The position numbers were made by a program, and so were the translations under genes. From the NCBI GenBank assembly GCA_016748015.1, contig JAAOMT010000752.1, forward strand, positions 70,976-134,975: a stretch of DNA of 64,000 nucleotides. The letters are read 5' to 3'. The notes under the pieces are model-generated. The model did no database searches. It worked only from the letters and a program-made list of their open reading frames with translations, and was not told the DNA's origin. This DNA comes from Geosiphon pyriformis uo1 (lineage: Eukaryota; Fungi; Glomeromycota). Positions 1 to 14,225 of the stretch are shown one piece after another. Numbering within the stretch: the first letter of the stretch is position 1; every line of letters begins with the position of its first letter.

Positions 1-590
1 TGGTTTAGGTTTGAAATTACTAACAGATTACTGAAATTAGTAGCTAATTAATTTCAAAACATTAATTGAGTTTTTAGAAGTTTTTAAGTGTAAATAGTTA
101 AAAAATTTGGTTTTTAAGTATTTGATTTTTTTATTACTTTTTGTAAAGTTAATTAATTCGAATTAAGATGATTTTGAATAAAATATATTTGCTCAAAGAG
201 AAAAGCTTTTCTTTTATACAACTTGTTATAATACTAGTCTATAAACTTAAACTTTCTTCTTTGCTATGATTTCGACAAACTAAAAGATATATTTTGACAA
301 ACTACAAGTTATTTCAATAAACTATTAACTATTTTAGTGAATTATTTATTATTTTGATGAATTTCTATAAATTTTGGCAAATTCTTAAATGTTATATAGT
401 GTAGAGTATTGTGTAATTTAATTATTTTAATTTCTATTATATAAATTGGATTATTAATTAACTAGTAATATTTGATAATTTGGTTAAATAATAAGTAATA
501 ATTTGAGATAATATTAATATATGCTAATTAATAATAAGAATTATAAGAGTAATTTTATGCTAGTTAATAGCTAAAATTCTACTAGTAATA
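1..590 (-). repeat. 3' LTR of element A (partial)
   Basis: Aligns by eye along its length with 8627-9183. A purine tract (AAGAAGAAGA, minus strand, ~594-603) sits at the PPT position next to it. Confidence 0.85.
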
Positions 591-3500
591 TAATCTTCTT
601 CTTAAAATTAAGCTCCATCAAAGTTCAAGTACTATTTGTAATATTAAAATAGTGATTTAAAATAATTATGGTGATTTGGTCTGAAAATTGTTGAAATTTC
701 AGTTCTGTTAGTTTGCCAATATATTAAATTTTTATTAATTAAAGTATTGAATTTTGTAAGATATTTTTACAAGTATTGAATAAGTTATAAAGTTTAAGTA
801 CTGCTCTAAGTTTATAATAAGTGTTTGTTAGTTTAGCTGTTGTTTTGAATTCATTGTGAATTTGTTTTTATATAGCTTTAAAAGTAAGATTTGTTGCTGT
901 AAGTTCTAATTTTTGTTTATAAAGTATTTTTCTAATATGAAAATATCTATATATAAAGGTATATTTGTTATTTTGTTTATTAAAATACTACAAAAATTTT
1001 TGTTAGGTTGTGGCATTTGATAAAATGTTAATAGAAATGAATAAAAATTTTTTTTTAAAGCTTGCTTCAAAAGTTTTGGTAGTTAACTTCTAGAATAATT
1101 TTTGTTTTTTTTTATAAAAATAATGATTCTGAGAATTATTTACTATTGGTGTTATAGTTTTTTTCTGAATATAATTAATTTAACTTCTATTAATTGTTAT
1201 GAATAAGTCAAGAAGTGTTTTCAAATCTAATATTAATTTCTTGAATATTTGTTAAATATTTCATAGAATAATTATAATGAAGTAAAATACAGTTGTGAAT
1301 AAAATTTAAAAAGATTTTAAAAATAAAAATAAAATTTTGAAAGAAATTAAAATAGAAAAATATGAAAATATTTTTAGATATTGGGTTTTTATATATTTTT
1401 GGTTTTGGGTTTTTTTGTAATTATTTACTATATTTGTGTATTTTAATGTTAAATTAAATGTTTAGATTTGGTTTTTGTTTTATTATAATTATTTGTTTTA
1501 AGTTTTGGGAAATATTTTTGGGATTAATTAAAGAGAAATGTATACCAATTTGTAAAATTAATAGTTCAAAGTTGTTTCTGAAATAATAATGCTTTAATCA
1601 ATTTCTATATGTAACTTTTGCTAAAATTTTGTTATTAAATCTTAATTTATATGATCTATTATCTAGAATTTCATGAATATAAAATAGTCTATCCTATTTA
1701 TGTTCAAATTTTCTACTCCATTGTTTTTCAGCTTTAGTTCTGTGTAAAAAAACTTTGTTTTTTATTTTAAATTCATTGGTAATTAATGGCAATTTATTGT
1801 CATGCTATTTTTTTTGTTAAGCTTGAAAGTGTTCAATATGGGTGGTTGCTATTTGTTATTTCTTTTTTAATATACTCAGAAAAGTATAAGCTCTTTGTTA
1901 AAGTGTTTTCTAAAAGTTTTTTTCATTAATTGATTGCACAAAATATGTTTTTACAGTAAAGTTGATTGGTAATATTGCTGTTTTTCTATAGATTAGATTA
2001 AAGAGTGTGTGTTTTGTAGTGTTTTGTTTTAATGTTTTATATACTAGTAACACTAATAAAATAAAGATATTCTATTTTTGCTCAAAATTGGTTAAAACTT
2101 TGGCAAATAATTCACATAATATTCAATTAAAACATTCTACAAGTCTATTTATTTGTGGATAATAAGATGATAATAAAAATCTCTTAATATTAAATTGTTT
2201 ACAAATTTTTTGTAACATGTTGTTTACAAAATGTGTTCTTTGATTAGATAAAAGTTCAATTGAGCATTTATGTCTACAAATAATGTTTTTGTAGATAAAA
2301 TTTGCTATTGATTTTGTATTTGCTTTTTGAATAGCTCTGACTTCAGACCATTTGGTAAGGTAGTCTACTGCAACTACAATATAACAGTTTCTTTTAGTGG
2401 TAATAAGTAGTAGTCCAACTAAATTGATTTCTATTCTGTTAAAAAATTGTTTAACTTTAATTGAATTTAAAGATTCAGTGAGTCGAATTTTTCTTCTTCT
2501 TTAATAATTATTACATAATTCTATATACTATCAAATATTTTGATATATGTAAAGCCAAAAATAATGTTCTAATGTTCTCTGTATTGTGCTGTTTTTTTCT
2601 AAATATACTGATAAAAGATTTGTGTGCATATTGTATAAGATCATTTCTTTTTCATTTTATTGAATTAATCTAAATAAGTTTGTTAAGTTTTAGTGATTTT
2701 GATAATAGATTTTGTTATAGTGCAAAAAGTATTGTTTGAATTGGTATTGTAAACAGTATTTTTTGGCCGAAGACTAATTTTCTAATATGTTGAAGATTTT
2801 CAGATAATTTTTGATATTGTTGTAGTTTCTAGAATCTATTGTTTTTATTTGTTGATTGTTGAATTAGTGGTTTGTTGATATTGATTCTAATCTTATTTTA
2901 TTTTAAAATGACTATCTATGTTTGTATGCAATTTGTTTAATTTGTAGTAGATGATATATTTGTAGTTTGCTAGAAAATCAGATCATTAAAATTGTTTAGT
3001 ATTGAGTTTAGAGTTTTTTTTGTTAAGCTATTTGAAGCCAATATTATCTGTGATAATATTAAATTGTGGTTTATTTTGGAAATATTATTGGAAGTGTTTT
3101 AGAGCCCAAATAACAGCTGCTACTTTTAATTCAATGGACTCATATTTGAGTTCAGTTGATTTAAAAGTTTTACTAGCATAAAAAATTATCTGCTCATTGT
3201 TGTTGTCATTTAATTGTAATAGAATAGTACTAAAAACCATATGTGAAGCATCAATAACTAACTGAAACCTTTTGCTGAAATCTGGATATATGAAAATTAG
3301 AACTGTGATAAGTTTTTTTTTAAGAGTGTCGAATGTTTATTGTTAAACTTGTGTTTATTAATATTTTACATTCTTGTTGGTTAGGTGGTTGAATAGTTTA
3401 GTGATTTCAGAAAATTTTTTAATAAACTTTCAGTAATAAAAGACTAATCTTATAAATTTTTTTAGTTCTGTTATATTTTAGAAAACTTTAAAATTTTTAA

Positions 3501-4732
3501 CAGCACTAATTGTTTTTGAATTGAGTTGAACTTCATCTTTGCTAACAATGTGTTCAAAAAAGATCAAACTTGTTTTTCCAAAATGACATTTTTTGATGTT
3601 TAATTTAATTCTGCTTTTTGTAATCATTGAAAAACTTCTCACAGATAGATTAAATGGGCTTTGAAACTTAAAGAGTATATATTAATGTTGTCTAAATAAA
3701 TAATTACTAATTACTATAAGAGTTTTTTGTAAACAACATTTATAAATCTTTGAAATATTGCTGGTATATTACAGAGTTTAAAAGATATTATATTGAACTC
3801 ATAATTTTCTTCTTAAGTAGTAAATGCTGTTTTGGAGTAGTCTTTAAGATTTATTTTAACTTGTTAATATCTGCTTTCCAAATATAAAGTTGAAAAAAAC
3901 TTGGCTTTTTTTAGAGCATTTAATATGTTGTCAATTTTTGGTAGTGGGTAGATATTTCCAATTGTAATACTATTTAGTTGTTAGTAGTTTACACAAAATT
4001 TGATTTTGCCATTTTTTTTTTTATAAAAACTACTAATAAAATTCAAAAGCTTCTTGATAGTTGGATAAAACTATTATTGAGCATTTGTTGAACTTTTTCT
4101 CTGATAAATTAGTGGCTAGCCAGTGGAACTTGGTAGGCTTGTTGTTATTTTGGTAAAGCATTTCTTGTATGGATCTAATGCTGTATAATATTAGTTTTTT
4201 TAAGATTATTATTATTTTTGGCAAATATATTAGCATATTTGACTATTAATTATTTTAATTGTTTTTGTTATTAGGGTTTTAAGAAATCCATATTAATTCA
4301 AGAAAGTTTTTTTTTAAACATGGTAGTTTTTAGTAGTAAAAGTAATGTTTGGGTTTAAGAGTAAGATATGTCTTACTATTTTGATAAAATTAGAAACAAT
4401 TTGAGAAGTTTCATTTTGAAAAATATTGCTATATATAATTCTAATTTCTACTTTATTTAATAAAATAATAGAGTAGTTGTTAGAGTTGTAAAACATAACT
4501 CAAAATTTTTTTATTTCTTTTGAAATATAAACGTTCAGAATTAAAATTTCATACTTAAAACAGATTTGTTTATTTGATTCAAAGATTTGTTGAGTGGTAG
4601 TAGGCTTTAGACAAATGTAAATTTCGTGATATTCTCCAAATAATAAAATAGTAATTGGTTAAAAAAGTTAAAGAATCTAATAAAATTTATTTTGTGTATT
4701 AAAACTATGTTTACTAGAACTGTAAATTATTC

Positions 4733-5010
4733 AGTTGAATCAAAACCTTGGGTTTTTTTTCACTTTTTTCTAATTATTATTTGTTGTTGACTAATTGTAA
4801 ATTTGAAATGTTGATTAAGAATAGGTAAATTGCTTGAGCAATTTTTTCAGCATGTTCAATTTTGAATGGTTTATCAGTTTTATTTTGTAACAGAATTGTA
4901 ATATTTCTGGTGTATTCTGCATCTATGATTCCTTCTTTAACATTAATTTCATAAGCTTTTTTTGGCTTAATTTCTTGGTCATTATTGTTGAAATATTTGA
5001 GTTTTATGGC
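4733..5010 (-). pseudogene. dUTPase domain of Gypsy pol (decayed, motifs 1-2 absent in this copy)
   Basis: ORF 4777-5124 reads INVKEGIIDAEYTRNITILLQN...KIAQAI, matching motifs 3 and 4 of trimeric dUTPases. A motif-5-like TQGFDST follows the stop. Confidence 0.85.
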
Positions 5011-8000
5011 AGACTGGTTTTTGACTAAGTAGATTAATGTGGTTATAATTTCTTTTTTCTGTTCAGATTTTTTAAAATTAATTTTATATTTATCTTTTTT
5101 GTTAGACAAAAAAATACTAATCACATAGCATTTTAGACACTATTGGTTATTATAAGGCATGGTATATTCTTTACATAGTTGAATGTTTATTTGCTTTAAT
5201 TGTTGAATTTGAGCTTTTTTGGTCAAGTAGACATAACTTGTGATTTAATAATAGATTTCTACCTTATCTTTATAATTAAATTTAATTAATTTTATTGTGT
5301 ATTTAATGTATTTTGCTTTTTTATTTGGTGTATATCTTCTTGGATTCCTCTATTAATTAAAATTATGGCCAATTTATAAATCATTTTAGTATTGTGTAAA
5401 TAATAATAGAATTTGTTGAAAGTACTATTATATGCTGCATCAAAAAAGATTCTTCTTTTTATTTTTTTGTAATTAAAAATACATATTGATAGATTTAATT
5501 ACAAACTTTTTTTTTCATTGCAACATTAATCTAGTTGTATTCTTTTAATAGTATTTTTTTGCATGTAAAACAAGAAATGTTGTCCTATTTTCTACTTTGT
5601 TTAAAGTATCTGAATTATTCTTTATAATATGTCTTGCAAAAATAGCAGATGTATATTTCATATTTTTTTTTTAAAGATATATATGCTCCTATGGATGAAA
5701 GCTTTTTGTTGTAGTTTTTATATTTAAGTAGAATATAAGATGATTGTTTCAATGGTTTTGGTGTAGAATATCAAACAATATTCTATTCTTTGGTTTCTTT
5801 AAAAATTTTTTGTTTTGTTCCCTTAGCCTAATTAAATATTGATTTAAGAGCCATGTATGTTTCAATAATTGGTATTTTTTTCTCCTTTTCAAATTCAAAT
5901 GCCAGAGTTTTTTCAAATTGTTTGTTAAATATACCATATGTAACAAATACTTGGATATATTATCCTTGGTATTAAGATACATTTATAATAAAAACTTTAA
6001 TTAGAATAATGATTTCATTAATTATAAAAGAAAAATTGTTAATTTCTCCTACTGGAGTTTTCTTTTTACTATCAGTAATAACAATGACTGTTTGGGCTGG
6101 TTTGTTAATATTTCACTTCAGTTGTTACATTAATTGATAAATGATGATGTTTTCAGCAGATATACTGTCTAAAATTAATTGAATTGGTTTTTTTTTAACT
6201 TTAGCTTCTGTATATATTGCTGTAATCACTTTTTGTTCATTGACTGCTGTATTATTAAGTAAAGATGGTAATTTATTGGCTTTAAATTCGAATAGAAATA
6301 TATCTAAAATATTGATATTTTGGGTGATTTTGACTGGTAAAATTGTATTACTGAAAAAATTTTGTCTTAGTGCTACAGCTTTACTTTTAAAAAGTGCAGT
6401 TTGTTAAAAATCCGATTTTTTTGACATTATAAGATAACTGGGTTGAATATGATAATGTATAGATCTTTATTGTGCTGGGTTTTAGAAAACTAATTGGTTG
6501 TTAAGATTAAATTGATTATTGTTGGAAAACCAATTTTGTGGTATAAATTGGTTTTTTTGGTTTAATTTTTAAATAGGTATTTAATATTGCTAAGCAAATG
6601 GTTGTTAATACTGTTGTTGAATAAATTGTAAAGCAGATTAATAATAATTACTTTGGTATTAAAGTCTTGATAAATAATAAGTTAATAGTAGAGATTGGTA
6701 ATAAAAATGTTGAAATTAAGAATAATGTTGATTATTTTTTTGTTGTTGATTTTGTTGTATTTTTGGCAATTTCGTTTTTAGTATTTGAAAATTTCACAAT
6801 AGTAATAGTTTTAAAATTGGTTGTTTGATAATAATGTGTAGTTGTTTTGATTATATTATTAGGGTAATTAATATTTTTGCTGTTGCTGCTGTTGTTAATT
6901 GGTAAAATAATTTTCAACTTTTTTGGTTAATTAATAAATTTTCTTTTCAGCTGTTAAATTGGTTTCTCCAATTGCAAGATTTACAAGTTTGGTATGGTTA
7001 GCTTCTTTTATTGCTCATTTTATAAGCTTTAGCATATTAAATAGCAGTGGCTAGATTTGCTAAAGCCTATAATCAAGTTTTCTTAATAAGTTGGTTTTTT
7101 AATCTTACAATAAACTGATCTAAAATTTGGGCATTAGAGTAGTAGTTATTGGTTTCTAATTGTCAAATTTGTTAAAGAAGTTTGTTGAATCTTCCAAAAT
7201 AGATTATAATAGTTTTGAATGATTTTTGTTTGATATTGTAAAAGTAATTTCAAATAGTTATAGAAATATTGTTGTTAATAAATTGTTTTAGAAAAACATC
7301 TTTAAATGTTTGCCAGTTTTCAAAAGATTTAATCAAATTTTCAAACTATTCTTTTGTTGTTCTTTGGAAAAAATATGAAATTGCTTTTAACATTCTTGTT
7401 GTATTCTATTTATTTGTATCTTCTGCTTTCTGGACTTTGTTAAACTATTCTTGTGGACTAGTATCAATATTTTTTTCTGTAAATTCAGTAATTTTTGCAA
7501 TATAAATAGTTGTTATATCTTCTGTATCTTTATTTTTAGTAGTTTTTTTTTCTGTGAATTTAGAAATGTTTTTGTTACTATTTAAGTGATTGTTTTGCTA
7601 GAAAATTAAGAAAATTGATACTAGTTAAGATTTGTTTAGGCTGTTGTATTGGGCTTTTTGGTAATGTGAAATCTTGGTCTTTGGGTTTAATCAAGTAAAG
7701 CTAGAAAAAATGTGATTAAAAGTAGTAATTTAAAATTAGTTTTTTGTTTTAGTATTTGCATATGTTGAAAAATTGTCTTTGGTATATTGGATGTTATGTA
7801 AATTGGTTATGTATTTTTTTGTTTGTTTCTGCTGTTTGTTTTAAGTTTAGACTCAAGTTTAAGAATAAATTATAAGTTAGTAAGATACTTTTTTTTGCAA
7901 AATGTGATAATATTATAATCAAGTTCTTCAAAATAAGTAGCACAACTTTTAGCACTAATGTTTTCTGAATTTTTATTTAAGTAGTAGATAATATTTTCAA

Positions 8001-8392
8001 GAAGATTTTGCTTGATTTCTGTAATATTGTAGTCTCCAAACAAATATTTGTTAATTTGGTTTTTGATATATTGAAAAAATGATTTCTTAAAGACTGTAAT
8101 TCTATTTCAAATTTTAAATCATTGTTTGTAGTAAGTGTAAATTGACTGATAGTATTCTAAAGTTGTTATATCTAATATGATTATCATTTTGAAGTTGTTA
8201 TTGTTGTATTATTTTTGTAAAAAAGTACCAAATGTTACTGAAGATTTTTGGTCTCTTTCTCAAATATTGTTAATGCTTGTTTGCTGTGAATTCACATTTA
8301 TTGGAAGTTATTAAACCTCCAATAATTGAATTTATCTTCAAATTATTTTTTATAATTTGAATTGTTGAGCTTACAAGTAAAATGACCAATTT

Positions 8393-9183
8393 TGTAATAG
8401 TTACTATATGTAGTTACTATATGTAGTTACTTTATAGTAAAAATTAACTCTTTTTTAGAAATTGCTTGTCTAAAAGTTTACTAAAGATATATAATTACTT
8501 TGCTTTAAAAGTCAACTCTTCTATAAAAATTTTGTCTGTAGGTTATCTTAATATTTATAATAAAAAATGTAAAAAAAAATAAAAAAAATGTAAAAAAAAT
8601 AGAAATTTATTAAAAAAATTGTTTTCTGATCCAAGTCTAAAGTCATTAATAAATTATTAAAATTATTAATTAATTAATTTCAAAATATTAGTTGGATTTT
8701 TGGGAGTTTTTAAGTATAAATAGTAAAGAAATTTGGTTTTCAAGTATTTGATTTTTTTATTACTTTTTGTAAAGCTAATTAATTCGAATTAAGATAATTC
8801 TGAATAAAATACATTTTCTCAAAGAGAAAAGCTCTTTTTTTATACAACTTGTTATAATACTAGTTTATAAACTTGAATTTTTTTCTTTGCTATGATTTTA
8901 ACAAATTAAAAAATATATTTCAATAAATTACAAGTTATTTTAATGAACTATTAATTATTATAGTAAATTATTTATTATTTTAGCAAATTTCAGCAAATTT
9001 TTAAATGTTATATAGTTCGAAATATTGTGTAATTTGATTATTCTAATTTTTATTGTATAAATTAGGTTATTAATTAACTAATAATATTTGATAATTTGAA
9101 ATAATATAAATATATGCTAATTAATAATAAGAATTATAAGGATAATTTCATGCTAGTTAATAACTAAGATTTTATTAATAATA
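8393..9183 (-). repeat. 5' LTR of element A
   Basis: Repeat of 1-590. The left boundary is inferred from plus-strand TGTAA at 8393, which is followed on the minus strand by AAATTGGTC (PBS-like TGG). The boundary is less certain than the repeat. Confidence 0.75.
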
Positions 9184-11975
9184 CTGAACAAGAAAATACT
9201 AAGTGCATAATATTTTAGACTTTATTAATTATGACAAATTTTTTACATAGTTAAATGTTCATTTGCTCTAATTATTAAATTTAAGTTTTTTTGGTCAAAT
9301 AGGCATAACTTGTAATCTAATGGTATGTTTCTACTTTGTTTTTATAATTAAATTCAGCTAATTTTAGTATGTACTTAATATATTTTGTTTTTTTATTTGG
9401 TAAACATCTTTTTAGGTTCTTTTATTAATTAAAATTATGACTAATTCATAAATTATTTTAGCATTATATAAATAATAATAAAGTTTATTAAGAGCATTGT
9501 TATATGTTGTATTAAAAAAGGTTTTTTTGCAAACTTTTTTGGCAATTGATAAAACATATTGGCAGATTTAATTACAAACTTCTCCTCTTATTGCAACATT
9601 GATTCAATTGTACTCTTTTGGTAATAGTTCTTTATAAGTAAAACAAAAAATGTTGTCTTATTTTCTGTTTTATTTGGAGTATTCAAATTGTTCTCTGTGG
9701 TATGCTTTACAAAAATAACAGGTGTGTATTTTATATTTTTCTTCAGAAAATATATATTTTTTCATTAATAAAAGCTTCTTTTTGTAATCTTTATATTTAA
9801 ATAAAATGTAAAATGGTTGTTTTTATGATTTTAGTATAGAATATTAAACAATGTTTTATTCTTTGGTTTCTTTAAAAATTTTTTGCTCTGTTTTCTCAAT
9901 CCAATTAAATGTTAATTCAAAAGCCATATATGTTTTGGTAATTGGCATTTTTTTTTCCTTTTTGAATTTAAACACTAGGGCTTTTTTAGATTATTTGTTA
10001 AAAATACCACATATAGTAGGTACTTGAATATATTGTCTTTGGTATAAAATTTTAAGTTCTTGGATTTTTCAATCTAAATTCATATTGGCTTTAAAGAACC
10101 AATTATTTCTAATAAAAACTTAATATTGGAATGTATTTATTATAAAAATTTTAACTAAAATAATGATTTCATTAATTATAAAAGAGAAAATTTTAATTTT
10201 TCCTATCAGAATTTTTTTATATTATTGGCTATAACAATAACTGTTTGAACTGGTCTGTTAATGTTTTGCTTAAGCTATTGCATCAACTAATAAGTAATAA
10301 TATTTTTAATAGATCTACTGTTTAAAATTAACTGAATTGGTTTTTCTTAACTTTGGCTTCTGTATATATTATTGCAATTGTTTTTTGTTTATTAACTACT
10401 ATATTATTAAGTAGAAATAGTGATTTATTGGCTTTGAATTTGGATGAAAATATATTTAAGAGATTAGTGTTTTAGACAATTCTGGCTGATGAAATTGTAT
10501 TATTGGAAGAGTTTTGTCTTAATGCTGTAGTTTCACTTTTAAAAAGTACAGTTTATTGAAAACCAAGATAGTTAAATTGAATGTAGTAATATGTGAGTCT
10601 TTAAAGTTAATTTCGAGGAACTAATTAGTTGTTGGAATTAAATCTGTTGTCATTTGTTGCAAATTGGTTTTAAAGTACAAATTGGTTTTGTTAAACCAAT
10701 CTTTGGACAGGTATTTAATATTGCTAAATTGGTGGTTGTAGATATTGTTGAATAAATTATAGAACAAATTTAATTATTTTGGTATTAAGATTTTGATGAA
10801 TAATAAACTGGTAATGAAGATTAATAATAAAGTTGCTAAGATTAAGAATAACATTAATTATTCCTTTGTTGTTAATTTTATTGTATTTTTTGGCAATTTT
10901 GTTTCCAGTATCTAGAAATTTCACAATAGTAATAGCTTTAAAATTGGTTGTTTGGTAATAATACATAGTTATTTTGATTGTATTATTAAGATGGTTGGTA
11001 TCTTTGTTGCTGCTATTATTGTTGGTTAATGAAATAATTTTTGACTTTTTTTGTCAATTGATTAATCTTTTTTTTAGCTGCTAAGCTGGTTTCTTTAATT
11101 ACAAAATTCACAAGTGGTACAGTTAACTTTTTCTATTGTTATTTCATAGGCCTTAGCATATTGAATAGCAATAGCTAAATCTTCTAAAGCATGTGATCAA
11201 ATTTTTTTAATAAATTTGTTTTTTAATTTTGCAATAAATTGATTCAAAATCTGGGTATTAAAGTAGTAATTATTGGTTTTTAATTGTCAAATTTGTTGAA
11301 GAAGTTTATTAAACCTTCTAAGATAGTTTATAATAGTTTTAGATAATTTTTTCTTGATATTGTAAAAACAATTTCATAGAATAATAGAAGTGTTGTTGTT
11401 GGTAAATTGTTTCAGAAAAGCATTTTTGAATCCTTGTTAGTTTTTAAAGAGTTCAGCCAAGTTTTCAAACTATTTTCCTGTTGTTTTTTGAAGAAAATAT
11501 AGAATTGTTTTTAATATTTTTGTTGTATTCCATTCATTTACATCTTTTGTTTTCTGGATTTTGTCAAGCCATTTTTGTAGACTGGTGTTAGTATCTTTTC
11601 TAGTAAATTTAGTAATTTTTGCAATATAAATGATTGTCATGTCTTCTGTATTTTTGTTTTCAGTAGTTTTTCTTCTGTGAATTCAGAAATGTTTTTGTTG
11701 TTATTGGAGTAATTGCTTTGGTTTTTTGCTAAAAAATCAAGAAAATTAGTATTAATAAAAATTTGTTTAGGCTATTGTATTGGGCTTTTTGGTAATGTGA
11801 AATCTTTTGGTCTTGAAAAACAATTGAGTAGTGAATTTGGTGTTTAGGTTTGAGCAAATGAAGCTAAAAAGTGTGTAATTAAAAATAGTAATTTAGAACT
11901 AATTTTTTGTTCTGATGTCTGCAGATATTGAAAAGTTGTTTTTGGTGTATTGAGTGTTATATGAATTGATTGTAT
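9184..11975 (-). mobile_element. Internal fragment of a second Gypsy copy of the same family (element B: gag, protease, Cys-rich region)
   Basis: Colinear paralog of ~5100-7815 (for example 11580-11640 vs 7455-7520, and 10310-10400 vs 6160-6260). It is cut on the left by the element A LTR and on the right by the LTR at 11976. Confidence 0.85.
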
Positions 11976-14225
11976 TGTTACTCATAAAGATTAGAATTTA
12001 TAATAAGTAGATAAAATAGCCAATCAGAAATAGACATAATAGAAAGAGGAATTCCAGAATTTTTCTCAAGAAATTACAGGATTCTAGAATTCCAGAATTT
12101 TTTTCAAAATAATTAAAAAATTTCAAAAAATTTCATAAAACATAAATTATGTATATATAGTAAAAGTATTAGAAACAAAAAAAGTATTCAATAAAGTTCA
12201 AATTAATTTAAAACAACAATACTCTTTCCTTTAAAAGATAGTTTTCTATAACTTAAAGTGAAATTATATTTATATTAATAAAACCTCTATTATTATTCGA
12301 ATTTATATTATTATCACTTAATTAAAAAAAATATTAATTTATTCTACACTATTAACACCTTATATTAATAAAATCCAATACTTAACTATATTAGATCAAT
12401 AGTTCTTAATTATAACTATTAACAGGATATTAATTTCTTATTTTTTTCTTATTTTTTTTTGTTTTGTTTTTTTGTTGTTTATTAATTAAAAAAGAAATTA
12501 AGCACTAAATATTTAATATTAAAGATAGCTTAATAAAAAACCTGGAAACAAAAGTAGAAAACTTAAGAATAGCTTATCAAAAGAGCACAACTGTCAGAAT
12601 AAACTGGTCATCATGCTAAAAAAAAATTCACAAAAAAAACTATTAATTAAATCTCTATCTATTATACAAAAAACTCAACCAAAATCTTTAGAAATTACTA
12701 ATATTCCCAGTTATTGAGCACCAAATTACAGGTTTGTTATTTGTTTTAACACTCCAAATAATAATTTATAATATTTAGTGCTTTTTATAAAATATAATTC
12801 AACAAAAAACCAGTATTAACATTAATTATCTAAAAAAGTGGCAGAATCAAAAGTAACAGAAACAAATCATTTAAAATTTACCAAATTCTTATTTTAATAT
12901 TACCAAACTTATTTTGAACTAACAAATAACTATTGGTCAACAAAATAAGCTTTTAACTTTTATATCAACAAAAAAATTAAATCCTACTTGGGAAACCAAA
13001 AAGATCTAAAAGCTGTTCTTAAAAATTTTTATAGTAAATTACTCCAAAGCACTATGCTTCCACAAAATTATTTGTTTGCCTCATTAATTAAAAAGATAAA
13101 TCAAAAAATTGAGAATAACACCCAACAAAAATTTCCTATTATCTTTGTAGACAAAGAAAAATAGCAAACTTTAGCAAAAACACCAAAGAAAATACAACTG
13201 TTTACTTAAAAGAAACCAAAAGTTATTTTATTTATTTACCTATTATACCATCATATACTAAGAAATACTATTCATATTCTATTCGAATTCACATTAACAT
13301 TAACTGTAAAAACACTATTATTCAGAATATTATTCAGAATATTATTTCAAAATAATTAAAAGAAAACCAAATTATTAAAAACCTACAGCAATTTCTTTAA
13401 AGAATTTAAATCATAACTAACAACTTTATCAGAACTTTAATTACTACCATCTTAACCAAATTTTGAATTTACCAGTTATTGGCAAGACATTGAATTAGAA
13501 GAAAAAAAAAACAGTAATTAAAAAAATTATAATCAAAATCTGATTTCAAATAACCCAGAAGTTTAAACTCCACAAAACCTAAACAATCCAAACTCTGCTT
13601 CTATTTTTTAGCAAAACTTATCTCCAATTATTATGATTAATTTACCAGTTGCATTAATTGTCACACAACAACAATAACAATCTTAACAATAACAACTTGT
13701 ACTAATAATATATGTATCTATTACCAAACTTGAAAAATTTACTGGTAAAGAAGACAATATTTAAGCATGGCTGAATAATATAACAAAACCATCACAATTA
13801 ATAGATAAAATAACATCAAAATCTTTTAAGCCATTTTCTATTTTTTATAAGATACAGCCAAATTGTGGTATTAGAATTTTATTAACAAACTTTAAGATTT
13901 TAACACATTAAAAACCATAGTATTTTAGTAATAATAACAGCATTAATCACTTGTTAACTAGCTTTACTACTATTAAAAAAAATAATACAGAAGCAGTCAT
14001 TACTTACTTAGAATGCTTTCATAGAAATTTGCACCAAATTTAAGCAATTAATACTGACTACTTTACAGCAACACCAATTTTAAATTAATTTATTTGTGGA
14101 TTATACAACAGCTTATTATAACAAGTATATTTAATACATCCAAATATTTTTCAAGATATAATTACACATGTCTGAGATTTTAAATTGGCCAAATTCAAAG
14201 CCAACTATGTCTAAATCATAAATTT
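11976..14225 (+). mobile_element. Truncated Gypsy element C: 5' LTR (11976-~12773) plus decayed gag
   Basis: Begins TGTTAC and is homologous to the solo LTR at 16980-17753. The LTR is followed by a decayed PBS-like TTTAGTGC. A gag-like reading (TKLEKFTGKEDNI*AWL...AIFYFL*DTAKLWY...EAVITYLECF...ILN*FICGL) spans ~13720-14105. Confidence 0.8.

Larger units (their letters stand above)
1..9183 (-). mobile_element. Decayed Ty3/Gypsy LTR retrotransposon (element A): gag-PR-Cys-rich region-dUTPase-RT-RNase H-integrase; 3' LTR runs off the window start
   Basis: Minus-strand motifs, interrupted by stops and frameshifts, occur in Gypsy order: gag (AKITEF...PQE*FNKVQKA...RMLKAISYFFQ, ~7500-7350); protease LILDS (~6185-6165); dUTPase IIDAEYTRNI (~4930-4900) and TQGFDST (~4755-4735); RT KNGKIKFCVNY*QLN (~4015) and YLDNINIYS (~3698-3672); RNase H FQLVIDAS and FYASKT (~3270-3165); integrase VAVDYLTKW (~2375-2350) and PQINRLVECFN (~2160-2125). 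Direct repeats at 1-590 and 8627-9183. Confidence 0.9.

Noticed and set aside
8397-8430. 13-bp tandem repeat (TAGTTACTATATG) and other short repeats as a CRISPR-like array
   Set aside because: No spacers, located inside an LTR, and in a eukaryotic context with no cas genes.
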